Positions 18,233 to 28,281 of a stretch of DNA of 59,513 bases are shown here, piece after piece. Both the position numbers and the translations under genes were made by a program. The notes beneath the pieces were generated by a model. The model was not told the DNA's origin and ran no database searches. It worked only from the letters and a program-made list of their open reading frames with translations. The first letter of the stretch is position 1. Each line of letters begins with the position of its first letter. Location: NCBI GenBank assembly GCA_964388035.1, contig CAYLZE010000020.1, forward strand, positions 1 through 59,513. The letters are read 5' to 3'. The stretch comes from an uncultured archaeon (GTDB lineage Archaea > Asgardarchaeota > Lokiarchaeia > Sigyniarchaeales > SOKP01).

Positions 18233-19552
18233 ATGATTAAAGAATTTGAAGTACCGATGTTCATGAAGAATCTTTATATCAGAAACAACAAGATTACCAA
18301 TGAATTTGTTGAAGCCTATACAAAATCTACCTATAGAATTGTAGGTCCGAATAAACATAGTTCAATAAAACCTTGTCATTGGCTAGAACAGAGATTAATG
18401 ACCGGGAGAGCGAATCGCAATTGTTATAAAGGTGTATTTGGAATTGAAAGTCATAGGTGCCTTCAAAACACTCCTGCTTTACCTTTTTGTAATCATCAAT
18501 GTGTCTTTTGCTGGAGAGATATCGAACAAGGAAATTTAGCAAGTGAATTTTTAGTTGAACCGGATGAGCCAAAACTAATCATCGATGAAATGTTGCGACA
18601 TCAGAGGGACATCATTAATAATCATTTACACTTACGAAAGTACTTGGAAAACTATGAAATAATGATCGATATCCTTGATTACATGAGATTAAATAGTTCT
18701 CATTACTATAATATTAATTCATTGTCAAATGCTATTCATATTTCTAAAAATAAGATAGAACGAGCACTTAATTTATTGAAAAATCAGAAATTTGTAGTGC
18801 CTATTGACGACATCAATAATAATTTTAAAGTAGATAAAGAGGTCAAGAAATGCATTGATTCTCGAGAAGATTTAGAATTATTAATTAATAGAGTATTGAC
18901 TACTCCCGATGAAATCATGCAAGCTAATGCGGAAGCATTATTTCCCAATCATGCTGCAATTTCTCTGGATGGAGAGCCCCTGTTATATCCCAAAATTTCA
19001 CAATATGTTGAGGAATTTAAGAATCGTAATTTTACTACGTTCATTGTTACGAATGGTACTCTTCCTGAGACCCTAGAAAAGTTAAATCCGCTTCCCAGTC
19101 AATTATACATAACGCTTCCCGCTCCGAATGAGGAAATTTATAAAAAAACTTGTCGACCCATGATTAAGGATGGATGGAATAAAATTAATGAATCATTAAA
19201 TTTAATCCCCAGTTTATCGTGTCGAACGCTGGTGAGATTAACAGCCGTGAAGAATTTAAATTTAAAGAAAGAGTTTCTCGAAGAATATGTCTCTATCGTT
19301 AAAAAGGCGAATCCTAATTTCTTTGAAATTAAAGGGTTTACTCTACAAGCTAAAGCATTGAATATAAATAATAGGTTAAAAAGTAGTCAATCTCTTCATT
19401 ATTACTTTCCAGAGTATCAATTCCTTGAAACTTTTGCTCAAGAATTTCAAAAAATGAGCGGATTTCCTTTAATATATACGAATAAAGTAAGCAGGGATTT
19501 TCTTTTTGCCGTAAATTGGGATGAGAATAAAGATCCTAGCTTAAAAGCTTGA
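18233..19552 (+). CDS. taw1: 4-demethylwyosine synthase Taw1/TYW1 (radical SAM) with an internal insertion
   Basis: KPCHW, NCYK, FGIESHRC, CNHQCVFCWR, HAAISLDGEPLLYP, TFIVTNGT, PSQLY, EIKGF. Confidence 0.9.
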   Translation: MIKEFEVPMFMKNLYIRNNKITNEFVEAYTKSTYRIVGPNKHSSIKPCHWLEQRLMTGRANRNCYKGVFGIESHRCLQNTPALPFCNHQCVFCWRDIEQGNLASEFLVEPDEPKLIIDEMLRHQRDIINNHLHLRKYLENYEIMIDILDYMRLNSSHYYNINSLSNAIHISKNKIERALNLLKNQKFVVPIDDINNNFKVDKEVKKCIDSREDLELLINRVLTTPDEIMQANAEALFPNHAAISLDGEPLLYPKISQYVEEFKNRNFTTFIVTNGTLPETLEKLNPLPSQLYITLPAPNEEIYKKTCRPMIKDGWNKINESLNLIPSLSCRTLVRLTAVKNLNLKKEFLEEYVSIVKKANPNFFEIKGFTLQAKALNINNRLKSSQSLHYYFPEYQFLETFAQEFQKMSGFPLIYTNKVSRDFLFAVNWDENKDPSLKA

Positions 19553-19790
19553 TTAAGATATTCAAATTTGATATATTTGCATTTTTCACTCTTATTCTTA
19601 TCATTTAATTAGTTCAAGCGATTAAATCTAAAAGGAGGTAATTCCTAAACGGAAAAATTTTTATTGAGTTATTATAAATTTGTCCCTCTAAAATGACCTA
19701 ACAGCGCTGCAAGAATGGAATAATGTGATTAAAGAAGTAAATTGAGAAAAAGGGATAATTAGGATGATAAAAACTCTTAGATTTACGTCC

Positions 19791-21425
19791 TCATGGTAGA
19801 GAAGGAGAGATAGTAATTTCTTTCTTATATTCAATGAAATATTTGTATTTAAGCACTTTCTCATCGATTCCCTTCATGTTGAATTTCCATTTCAATATTC
19901 CTAATTTTCTTTTATGGGGCTCGGGGATTATTTCTTCGATTTCGACTTTTATATTTTCTGAGTTCGAGTGTGGGATCATGTCATAAATGATAAGTTCCTC
20001 TTCCACTTCATTTAAATTTTTAATGAGGATTTGATACTCATAATTATTTTTCAACTTTCCCTTAATTGCTTTTTTATCTTTACTTCTATCGATAATCTTT
20101 TTATCTACTTTTAAATCATAAGTAATTCGAGTGCCTAAATTAAATTCCTCTTTTGGAGCAACTAAAGGAATGGAAGTTTCCCCTAAAAATTCCTCCTGAT
20201 AATATATCTTAATGTTCCCAGGAAGAAGCAAAATATCTCCATTTATCACTTTATCTCTTATAAGCACGTTTTCAGGAGAGGCATTACTCCAGAAATAACG
20301 TTTTTCGTTGTTCAATTCCAAAACGGTTAAATTTACAGGATGGGGATTTTTATCAGATAAAATGGTTAATTTATTAGGAATCTTAAAAGATTGTACTCCG
20401 ATATTTTCAGTCTTCTCTGCATAAGTTATAGTTGTTTCTGGCATTGGTTCCGCTTCTTCCTTCTTTTCCCGTTCATCCATTTCCTCGCTTAAGAAAAGAC
20501 CATCCCTTTCCCCTGCCCCTGCTGTTACCAATCTTGGTCTTGCAGCTTTCTTTAACAAGGGTTTATCATTCATGAATCCTCCCATACTTGTTGATCTAGG
20601 AGGAATATATTCGCTCAAGATGAGGGGGGTTGGCTTTATTAAGTTCACAGGTTTTAAAGAAGCAGTGGAAATCTCAACATCTACCTCTTGCCAATCCAAC
20701 CCCGTCCTATTGTAAACATTAGCCATCATTGTAAGAGAGGCATTCTTCTCGTGTAAAGATACATCATAAAAAGGCGTCCACCACGCTTGATTAAGAGTGT
20801 AACGTAATTCAATAGTAATTTTTGTGTTTTCTTTAACCTCCAAATTGATATTTACTTCATAATAATTATGAATTTCTTCAATAGGACCGAGGTTTGAAAT
20901 TTTATTCAGAATAGAAGTTAATTCATTCTTTAGATCTTCAATATTATAGCTTAATTCTTCCATTTCAATTGTCCTTTTGGAGATAATTTTATCCAATTCT
21001 TCATTAAATTCAAGGAACTTTGACATCTCTGATTCACCGAACGCAAATGATTTGGGAAAATCTTGATAAAATATGTCTTCAGCGGATTTGTATTTTGAAA
21101 TTTGCTCTTCAATTCTTAGTTTCTCAGTTTCCAGCCTCTGGATTTTCTTTTTCAAGGCTTTTTTTTGATTTTCTAATTGTTCATGTTGTTCTTTCTTATA
21201 TTCCTTTTTAGAATTAAATTCAATTTGGATATTAACAATCCGAGCATTACCCTTTCCCTTAACCCGCAAACTTTCTTTATCGAGAGATGCAGATAAATTT
21301 GAAATGGTAAGTATTTGAGCGCCTTTATTTAATTCAATAGTTCCAGTCTGGGTTATTTGTACCCCAGTTTGATATACAATAATACTGCTTATTTTTGATT
21401 CTAATTCTGATTTAGCTTCACTCAT
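19791..21425 (-). CDS. Mucoidy inhibitor MuiA-like (DUF4140/DUF4139) protein
   Basis: I..VYQTGVQIT, LDKESLRVKG, coiled coil, AWWTPFYD, NRTGLDWQEV..ST; ATG at 21425 (track start 21434). Confidence 0.85.
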   Translation of the reverse strand: MSEAKSELESKISSIIVYQTGVQITQTGTIELNKGAQILTISNLSASLDKESLRVKGKGNARIVNIQIEFNSKKEYKKEQHEQLENQKKALKKKIQRLETEKLRIEEQISKYKSAEDIFYQDFPKSFAFGESEMSKFLEFNEELDKIISKRTIEMEELSYNIEDLKNELTSILNKISNLGPIEEIHNYYEVNINLEVKENTKITIELRYTLNQAWWTPFYDVSLHEKNASLTMMANVYNRTGLDWQEVDVEISTASLKPVNLIKPTPLILSEYIPPRSTSMGGFMNDKPLLKKAARPRLVTAGAGERDGLFLSEEMDEREKKEEAEPMPETTITYAEKTENIGVQSFKIPNKLTILSDKNPHPVNLTVLELNNEKRYFWSNASPENVLIRDKVINGDILLLPGNIKIYYQEEFLGETSIPLVAPKEEFNLGTRITYDLKVDKKIIDRSKDKKAIKGKLKNNYEYQILIKNLNEVEEELIIYDMIPHSNSENIKVEIEEIIPEPHKRKLGILKWKFNMKGIDEKVLKYKYFIEYKKEITISPSLP

Positions 21426-21840
21426 TAATTGCACTGTCCATATCTTTTCTATTAAATTCGAAATTTAAGATTAATAAGATAATGTTTGTATATCTATATA
21501 AATTTCATAGAATTTAGAATTAGTTTTGAAAGGATTTAACTACGTGGGATCTTGATTCTATAAAAATAAAAACTCATCTTTTCAATGACAAGATTAATTT
21601 CTTTTAGGTCTTGATAGAGACATTCTTTTTAAGAATTTTTCCTAATAAGAAAAGGATGTTAAGCGTCCAACCAACTAAATATCTCCTAATCTACTTATTT
21701 CCAATCTAATGAGTTAGGTAAAAGAATAGAATAAAATGCTTTGAGATTCTTTCAAGTTATTTCAGTTTAACAGTAATTAGCAAGTTTAAAATGTGATAAA
21801 ATATTTAATTACTCGATAAAATTAATTTCTTTGAACGATC

Positions 21841-22449
21841 ATGTTTATTACATGCTTAGATTTAGAGGGAGTGTTTACTCCCGAGATTTGGGTTTCAGTC
21901 GCTTTGAAAACTAAAATAGACGAACTTAAATTAACGACGAGAGATGAACCCGATTACGATAAACTCATGAAGAGAAGATTAAAAATCTTGAAAGATCATG
22001 GAATTACATTAAAAGAGATACAAGATATCATTTCTGAAATGGAATTATTGCCGGGTTCAAAAGAGTTCTTGAATTGGTTAAAAACCAAAGCTCAAGTAAT
22101 GATTATAACCGATAGTTTCCTGGAATTTGCCACACCTTTCATGAAGAAGTTAGGGTATCCCATGGTCATGTGTCATAATCTTGAAACTAATGGCAATGGT
22201 ATGATCTCAAATTATAAATTGCGCATTAATGACATGAAAACCAAGACTATCAAAGCCTTGAAAGAATTGAACTTTGAAGTGATCGCAATTGGAGATTCTT
22301 ATAATGATATGGGAATGATAAAAAATGCTGATCACGGCATTCTATTTAACCCACCTGCTAACGTTATCAAAGATTTTCCTCAGTTTCCCATAACAAGGAA
22401 TTATTTAGAGTTAAAAGAATTAATTTCTAATCATCTTCACATAAAATAA
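21841..22449 (+). CDS. thrH: Phosphoserine phosphatase/homoserine phosphotransferase (HAD)
   Basis: CLDLEGVFTPEIW, TTRDEPDYDKLM..RL, AIGDSYND. Confidence 0.92.
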   Translation: MFITCLDLEGVFTPEIWVSVALKTKIDELKLTTRDEPDYDKLMKRRLKILKDHGITLKEIQDIISEMELLPGSKEFLNWLKTKAQVMIITDSFLEFATPFMKKLGYPMVMCHNLETNGNGMISNYKLRINDMKTKTIKALKELNFEVIAIGDSYNDMGMIKNADHGILFNPPANVIKDFPQFPITRNYLELKELISNHLHIK

Positions 22450-22503
22450 AGTAATTTATTTCCTGTTTTTAAAACTTATTTTTTTTAACAAATTTCAGAG
22501 GTT

Positions 22504-23403
22504 TCAATCTTCTGAAATTTGTATTTCCTCTAATCTTACTTGACTGGTAGCCAATAAGAATGAACTGACAATAATTAGCACTAATCCTATTATGAGAAAT
22601 AGAACGTTTAAAGAACTGGCAGGTACCAAATTATATATCAGAAAGAAAATTAATACGGGAATAATTTGGCCGGGCACCCCGATTAAGGGGGACAGAATAT
22701 TTACTTGACCATTTTGGAATGCTTTTTGTGCAAATATGATTCCATAAGCAGTACAAATGAGTATAATTACCAATGCAGGAAAAAATAATAGTAGCTCTTC
22801 CATGTTGAAATTACTTGAAAATATACGTGTAAGAACGGCTACAAGGGGTCCAATCCAGACGGAATTTAGAGAGTAGACTAATCCTGATTTAAGCGCAAAA
22901 AAAATACCTTTTGATTTCTTGATATATTTAGACGTAAAATGGATAATGATGTATGCTAGGAATATTGCACCCGTGAAAATCGATAATCGAATAATAAATA
23001 CTTGCTCCAAAATATTAATCACTGCCAAGTTTATGGAAAGCTGACTTAAACTCAGACTGAAAATCCCAAGTATCATTAATAAAATTCCGCTTATCTCCGT
23101 TTTGCGCAATTTTTCTTTGAGAATCATGGTCGAACCTAATGCTAAAACGATTAAACCCCCACTCATCAATCCGGGTACAAGGCTTGGGCCTATTAGCGCT
23201 TGCGCAATCATATATAAGATTGCCCCCCCAATTAAGATTTGTAATATAAGCCCAAATACCCATAATGGACTTTTAATTAAGCTTCTTAAAAATTCTGGCT
23301 CCTCTCTATGATCATTAATTACTTTTTTCTGAAAGAGCACGCCTAAATTGTTGACACAGCCACTAGAAATTGCAATTATTACGCCCAACACGTATAAGTT
23401 CAT
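22504..23403 (-). CDS. DMT-superfamily, NIPA-like membrane transporter
   Basis: GVIIAISS...GVLFQKK, LW.FG, P.LV.GL, LKEKL, QKAFQ pattern; about 9 TM; ATG at 23403 (track start 23448). Confidence 0.75.
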   Translation of the reverse strand: MNLYVLGVIIAISSGCVNNLGVLFQKKVINDHREEPEFLRSLIKSPLWVFGLILQILIGGAILYMIAQALIGPSLVPGLMSGGLIVLALGSTMILKEKLRKTEISGILLMILGIFSLSLSQLSINLAVINILEQVFIIRLSIFTGAIFLAYIIIHFTSKYIKKSKGIFFALKSGLVYSLNSVWIGPLVAVLTRIFSSNFNMEELLLFFPALVIILICTAYGIIFAQKAFQNGQVNILSPLIGVPGQIIPVLIFFLIYNLVPASSLNVLFLIIGLVLIIVSSFLLATSQVRLEEIQISED

Positions 23404-23564
23404 TTTAATTAATCTCCTTCTAAGAAGAAGAATCTGTTTTTGTTTCAATAAAAAAAATCATATTTGTGAATTTAACCAATTTTATTTTTTTTTCCTTTAA
23501 TTATAAAAATATAATTAAATTAAGTTCGTTCCAATGAATTCTAGATAATTTTGTGAATTTTATT

Positions 23565-23810
23565 TCAAAAAATGAAGATTCTCAATATAAAATAGAATAA
23601 ATAAACAGCTCCGAGTAATGCAAATACGAATTTCAGAATTGGATACCTAAATTTTGTCGGTTTTTTACCATTTGAACCTTCTTTAAAGATTTCAGTTGAG
23701 ATAATGGCATTACAAGAATTGCACTTATAATTTACATTAATCTCATCATAGGATATCTTACCACCGCACATCAGGCATTTCATTTGTTTTTTGGGCAGAA
23801 TTTTCACCAT
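23565..23810 (-). CDS. Small Zn-ribbon protein with C-terminal TM anchor
   Basis: CLMCGG...CNSC and a hydrophobic C-terminus. Confidence 0.7.
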   Translation of the reverse strand: MVKILPKKQMKCLMCGGKISYDEINVNYKCNSCNAIISTEIFKEGSNGKKPTKFRYPILKFVFALLGAVYLFYFILRIFIF

Positions 23811-23937
23811 TCGAAATTATACTCTATTATAATAATTGATGATATAAGTAGATAATCGTCCTCGTGTTCATTTATACAAAGATTAAATTTTAATCAAAAA
23901 AATAATAATCTATCTGAAAAACTATATTCAGAAATAG

Positions 23938-24594
23938 TTATTTGTCTAATCCTCTTCTTTTTATTATTTTCTTAATATTTTCTTCAAAATTAATGTCTTT
24001 AACCATTTCTTGAAATTTTTGTAGCCATTGTATTTCAGCATTATTATGGAGTTCAAAGTGTTGAAGTGGTAAAATTGTAAAAGGATTCAAATCATAAAAT
24101 TCGTGTGATTGAACGTATTTTTTGCCATCATCGAGATGTTGATAAAATTTTTCTCTCTTTTCTACTTGTTTAGTCAAATTATTTATGATGTGTTCTTTAG
24201 TCTTAGAAAAACCATATAGAAGAATGAAGGGAGTAATCACATCAAGATCAAAATAGAACTCTTCTACTTTATTGAGATAATATTCCATTTGTTTCTCAAA
24301 TTCTTTTCTCCCTTTGGGCTTTAATTTATAAGTGGTTTGCTCGGGACGGTTTCCCTCTTTTATTGTTTCTTTTTCTTCAATAAAGCCCTCGCGTTCTAAT
24401 TTCTTGAGCGAATAATAAAATGAAGCGTTGGTTGCGTTAATATAATGATCATAGTGCCATTCCTCAGCAATTTTAATTAATTCATAACCACTCATCTCTT
24501 TATTAAAAGTAGTAAAAACACCTAATATGAATGTTTTAAGCGGAGTATATCTCTTTTTAGGCATAATTCGTTTTTTTTTTGCTTTTTCTAACAT
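23938..24594 (-). CDS. PadR-family transcriptional regulator
   Basis: MSGYEL, SFYYSLKKLEREGFI, GNRPEQTTYKL..KGR, C-terminal AEIQWL. Confidence 0.9.
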   Translation of the reverse strand: MLEKAKKKRIMPKKRYTPLKTFILGVFTTFNKEMSGYELIKIAEEWHYDHYINATNASFYYSLKKLEREGFIEEKETIKEGNRPEQTTYKLKPKGRKEFEKQMEYYLNKVEEFYFDLDVITPFILLYGFSKTKEHIINNLTKQVEKREKFYQHLDDGKKYVQSHEFYDLNPFTILPLQHFELHNNAEIQWLQKFQEMVKDINFEENIKKIIKRRGLDK

Positions 24595-24613
24595 TTATTA
24601 ATATTACTAGTCA

Positions 24614-24655
24614 TATTAATTTGAATATTTAACTTTGAATAGTTAAGTTTAAATA
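24614..24655. promoter_or_regulatory. Three tandem 14-bp units containing the inverted repeat TTAACT-N6-AGTTAA; candidate PadR operator
   Basis: tattaatttgaata / tttaactttgaata / gttaagtttaaata between padR and the divergent methyltransferase pair. Confidence 0.4.
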
Positions 24656-24755
24656 TATACTTGACTTTTTTAAACTATAATAATATGATTTAAAATTATA
24701 GGAATACATTTAAAGGGAATAAAAAAGTCAATACAAGACAGAATATTGATATTAA

Positions 24756-25299
24756 ATGCAATTGGAAAAACGAAAATGTTCGCAATTATTCACTTAGAGA
24801 TTGGATCTATTCAGGAATATATGGACCCTTATTACTCATTCAACTAATTTTGGTCTTTTTCTTCTATAATTATTATCGAATAAATTTACTTCTATGGTTC
24901 GGGTGGGGATTCATAATTTCATTTTTGGTTATCGGTTCATTGCCAAGAAGAGAATTTGAAAAATATGGAGGTGTTAAAAAAGGACAAAACTTCTTAAATA
25001 CAACTAAACTCGTGGATACTGGAATTTATGCCATTATTAGACATCATTTTTGGTTAACCTGGATCTTGCTTAGTGTAGCATTTGCTCTTCTCTCTCAATT
25101 TATAATCATGATCTTACTATCATTATTAGTCTCAGGATTAGTTTATATAGAAACCTTTCATTTAGATAAGAGATTGATTATCAAGTTCGGGGAGGACTAT
25201 AATGTATGTAAAAAAAAAGTACCACGAATGAATATTGTGTTAGGTCTTATTAAATATTATAAAAAACAAATAAAAAAAAGGGAAGAGGTCGTCAAATAA
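24756..25299 (+). CDS. ICMT/PEMT-family membrane methyltransferase, copy 1 (5' frameshift; possible pseudogene)
   Basis: LVDTGIYAIIRH, LIIKFGEDY...KKVPR; frame open from 24694 but the only nearby ATG (24756) is one base out of frame. Confidence 0.65.
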
Positions 25300-25860
25300 A
25301 TGTCTCAAGAGAATAAAGAAAGAAAGTTTTCAATAAGCAATATCATTTTTACAGCAATCTTTACTATTGCGTTCATTACTCAATATATATTGATGATTTT
25401 ATCTTATAATGCCTTGGGATGGATTTTTTCATTATATATGGGATGGATTATTTGGCCATTTAGTCTTTACTTTGGCTTCATCACTTTTAGAGTATTTAAA
25501 AAAAAAGGAGGGGTGGAGAAGGGAACAAGTTATACCCAAACGACGACTTTAGTTGAGAGGGGGCCTTATGCATTGGTTAGACACCCCCAATATTTAGCAT
25601 TCGTTTTATTTTCAATCAGCATAACATTATGGGCCCAAACTTTAGTGAGTTTATTTTTAACAGGCACTATCATAATTCTAACCTATCGATGGACTTATCG
25701 GGAAGAAAGCCATCTCATTATTAAATTTGGAACATCTTATATAAATTATCAAAAGAGAGTTACGAGACTAAATCCCATAATTGGATTAATTAAATATGCC
25801 TTAAGAAAGGAAAAAAAGCCAAATTCTGTTTCTTCCAACGAAAATTATGATACACCCTAA
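25300..25860 (+). CDS. ICMT/PEMT-family membrane methyltransferase, copy 2
   Basis: LVERGPYALVRHPQY, EESHLIIKFGTSY..Y.KRV. Confidence 0.88.
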   Translation: MSQENKERKFSISNIIFTAIFTIAFITQYILMILSYNALGWIFSLYMGWIIWPFSLYFGFITFRVFKKKGGVEKGTSYTQTTTLVERGPYALVRHPQYLAFVLFSISITLWAQTLVSLFLTGTIIILTYRWTYREESHLIIKFGTSYINYQKRVTRLNPIIGLIKYALRKEKKPNSVSSNENYDTP

Positions 25861-26170
25861 CGATCAACGTTGAATCTATCTATAAATATGAAGAAAAAAA
25901 CATTTAAAATCATAAAAAAGTATTTTTTCCATTAATTAAAACTAAGAAAGAGCAACTATACTTGAACCTATAGAAACAAGAATTTATATGAGATTAGTAC
26001 CAAACCTACTTATTATTGTATCAAGTATTGACGGTAATATAATACCACCTTCTATTAAGTTACTTTAAAAGTAAACATGTACTAGTTTATAGTTAATTAG
26101 AAAATACTTATCTATTGCGTAATTAATTTTTAAATTGAATATAGAATTATGTAGTGAGAATTAGGGGACT

Positions 26171-28207
26171 ATGAATTTAACTCAGAGCAACAGAAAGAGA
26201 TTGAATTTTTATAAAGTAATCAGTATTTCCTCCATAATCGTGAGCATCATGAGTTTATCCATTATTGGGGCTATTGGAGGGTTTCCAAGTTTACTTCCCC
26301 GATGTACCACTTGCTTTTACCACTTTAATATTGATTATCGTTTGGGATTAAAAGATGTAGAAGATAGAATCATTAGAGAACCTTACCATGAATTGCTGAA
26401 AGTGTATGATAAACATCCCAATTGGGCGTTTACTGTTGAATGTCAAGCGGAAATGATGTTAAAAATTTATACGAATCCGGAATATAAGGAGATCGAGGAA
26501 CTCACAAATAAATTGCTTGATCGTAAGCAAATGGAACTCATGTGTGTCCTACAATTCAGTCAACTTTATTATGCGTACCCTAACGATGTATTTGAAATAA
26601 ATTTAAAACAAGCCAATGAGACTTTAGCTGCTTTAAATATCCTTGATAAAAGAAGCGACTGTATATTATTTCAAGAAGGGCAATACGCGCCGGGTTTAGT
26701 TACCGCATTAAATTCCCCTTATTGTGCAAACGTGAATACCGTGTTAGCATCTGCCCAACAAGTAAGGGGGTATCGTAATCCTGATAAAATATATAATGAT
26801 TATCCCGTTTATCTCGTGCAAGATGCAAAAACCCATAAATCGATTAAAATTTTACCGTATGACTACTTTCCTCGGCAAGAAGCTGGTTTTTTCCATACTT
26901 GGAATTACTTATATGATGCAGAATTAGCTTTTGAGGATGAAAATGCCCAAGAGGAATTTACGGTCTCGCCTGAGAAAGTAAGGGTTTTTGAAGAAGAAAT
27001 GCTGTCACTGGAAAATCAAGGAAATTTATTTTTAACTTGTTCAGATTGGGTAGATCATTGTTTGGAATTGGGAGCTTTTGGTATTCTTGATTACTACATT
27101 CCCGAATCCAATTGGAACACCGCGGATTATAATTCCAGTTATATTTGGATGGCAAATAACCAAGGGTCTAGTGATGATGGAGAAGTATTGGCAAATAATT
27201 ATCGTTGTAGACAAGATATCAGTGCTACAAGAATAGTTTGTGATAAGTATAAAAATTCAATACCTTTAGGAACCCAAAAAAAAATAGAAGAGGCATTATT
27301 TGAAGCCGAGAGATTATGGCTGCAAGCGACGTGTACCGATTCCACGGGATTAACCCCGAGATATTACGAGCGGATTACAGCCGAGCAAAATGTTTTAACT
27401 GCCCAAAAATTATGTGCTCAATCCTTGCAACGACTTGCAAACAATGTCAAGACCCTAAATGTATCTCGCATCCAAGTAGATTTAAAAACCAAGCAGCTTT
27501 TTCTTTCCGATGAGGATTTTATCTCTCTATTTCAGTATCAGCAAGGTGGACTTTCTCCATCCGACCTCCCTTTAAATATAAATACATCCATGCTAGTAAA
27601 TGAAAATTATGATACTTCAAAAATACAATTTTCTGCATCCCTTCTAAAATATCAATCAATGGATGAATTATCCTTGATTGACACGTTTTTAGTTTATAGA
27701 ATCGATGTATCATTTAGGGGAACTCATGATTGGGCAGATGATTCTATTGAGAAGATTTCCATTAAATTTACTTTTAAAAATAGCGATCGTGATTTTAATA
27801 CCATTTCTTATTCCCCTTCTTTGAGGGAAAATGAAATTGAAACAATCATACGCGAGGATTATGATTCTAATCCATTATACATTTACTTGCCATTAAGTAA
27901 TGGATTAATATTCATACCTTATTCAGAGAATAGTGAAAATGGAATTGCTATCGTCAAGGATATTACCACCAGGCACACTGCTTATTTATGGGAACAAGAT
28001 GACATGGAGATTTTAGAGACAAACGGGCTCCATTTAGATGCTCATCATAGAGTGTATATTCTTGAAAATGTTTCGATTCTGACAGCCCAAAAATTTGCTA
28101 ATCGAATAAATGTTTATCCTCCTTGGATCATCAGTCAATACACCTCTCTTATTCAAGGGAATCAAGTATATCTCCAGTACGATCAAATGAAAAATAAGAA
28201 CGTATAA
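26171..28207 (+). CDS. N-terminally anchored GH57-like glycoside hydrolase/deacetylase-fold protein
   Basis: N-term TM; FYHFN, PY..LL.....HP.W.FT.E.Q, LFQE, late LQATCTD resemble GH57 conserved regions. Confidence 0.55.
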   Translation: MNLTQSNRKRLNFYKVISISSIIVSIMSLSIIGAIGGFPSLLPRCTTCFYHFNIDYRLGLKDVEDRIIREPYHELLKVYDKHPNWAFTVECQAEMMLKIYTNPEYKEIEELTNKLLDRKQMELMCVLQFSQLYYAYPNDVFEINLKQANETLAALNILDKRSDCILFQEGQYAPGLVTALNSPYCANVNTVLASAQQVRGYRNPDKIYNDYPVYLVQDAKTHKSIKILPYDYFPRQEAGFFHTWNYLYDAELAFEDENAQEEFTVSPEKVRVFEEEMLSLENQGNLFLTCSDWVDHCLELGAFGILDYYIPESNWNTADYNSSYIWMANNQGSSDDGEVLANNYRCRQDISATRIVCDKYKNSIPLGTQKKIEEALFEAERLWLQATCTDSTGLTPRYYERITAEQNVLTAQKLCAQSLQRLANNVKTLNVSRIQVDLKTKQLFLSDEDFISLFQYQQGGLSPSDLPLNINTSMLVNENYDTSKIQFSASLLKYQSMDELSLIDTFLVYRIDVSFRGTHDWADDSIEKISIKFTFKNSDRDFNTISYSPSLRENEIETIIREDYDSNPLYIYLPLSNGLIFIPYSENSENGIAIVKDITTRHTAYLWEQDDMEILETNGLHLDAHHRVYILENVSILTAQKFANRINVYPPWIISQYTSLIQGNQVYLQYDQMKNKNV

Positions 28208-28281
28208 TTGAACTGAATAAAAACCAAAAATATCGGAAAGATAAAATGAATAAAATACAATTAATTTGTTGAGGGAGGAAA

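Noticed and set aside
18626-18928. Intein as explanation of the Taw1 insertion
   Set aside because: No Cys/Ser start block, no His-Asn followed by Cys/Ser/Thr, and no LAGLIDADG motif
21435-21840. 400-nt intergenic gap as a possible ncRNA or gene remnant
   Set aside because: AT-rich, stops in the frames I read, no GC-rich stems or recognisable motif
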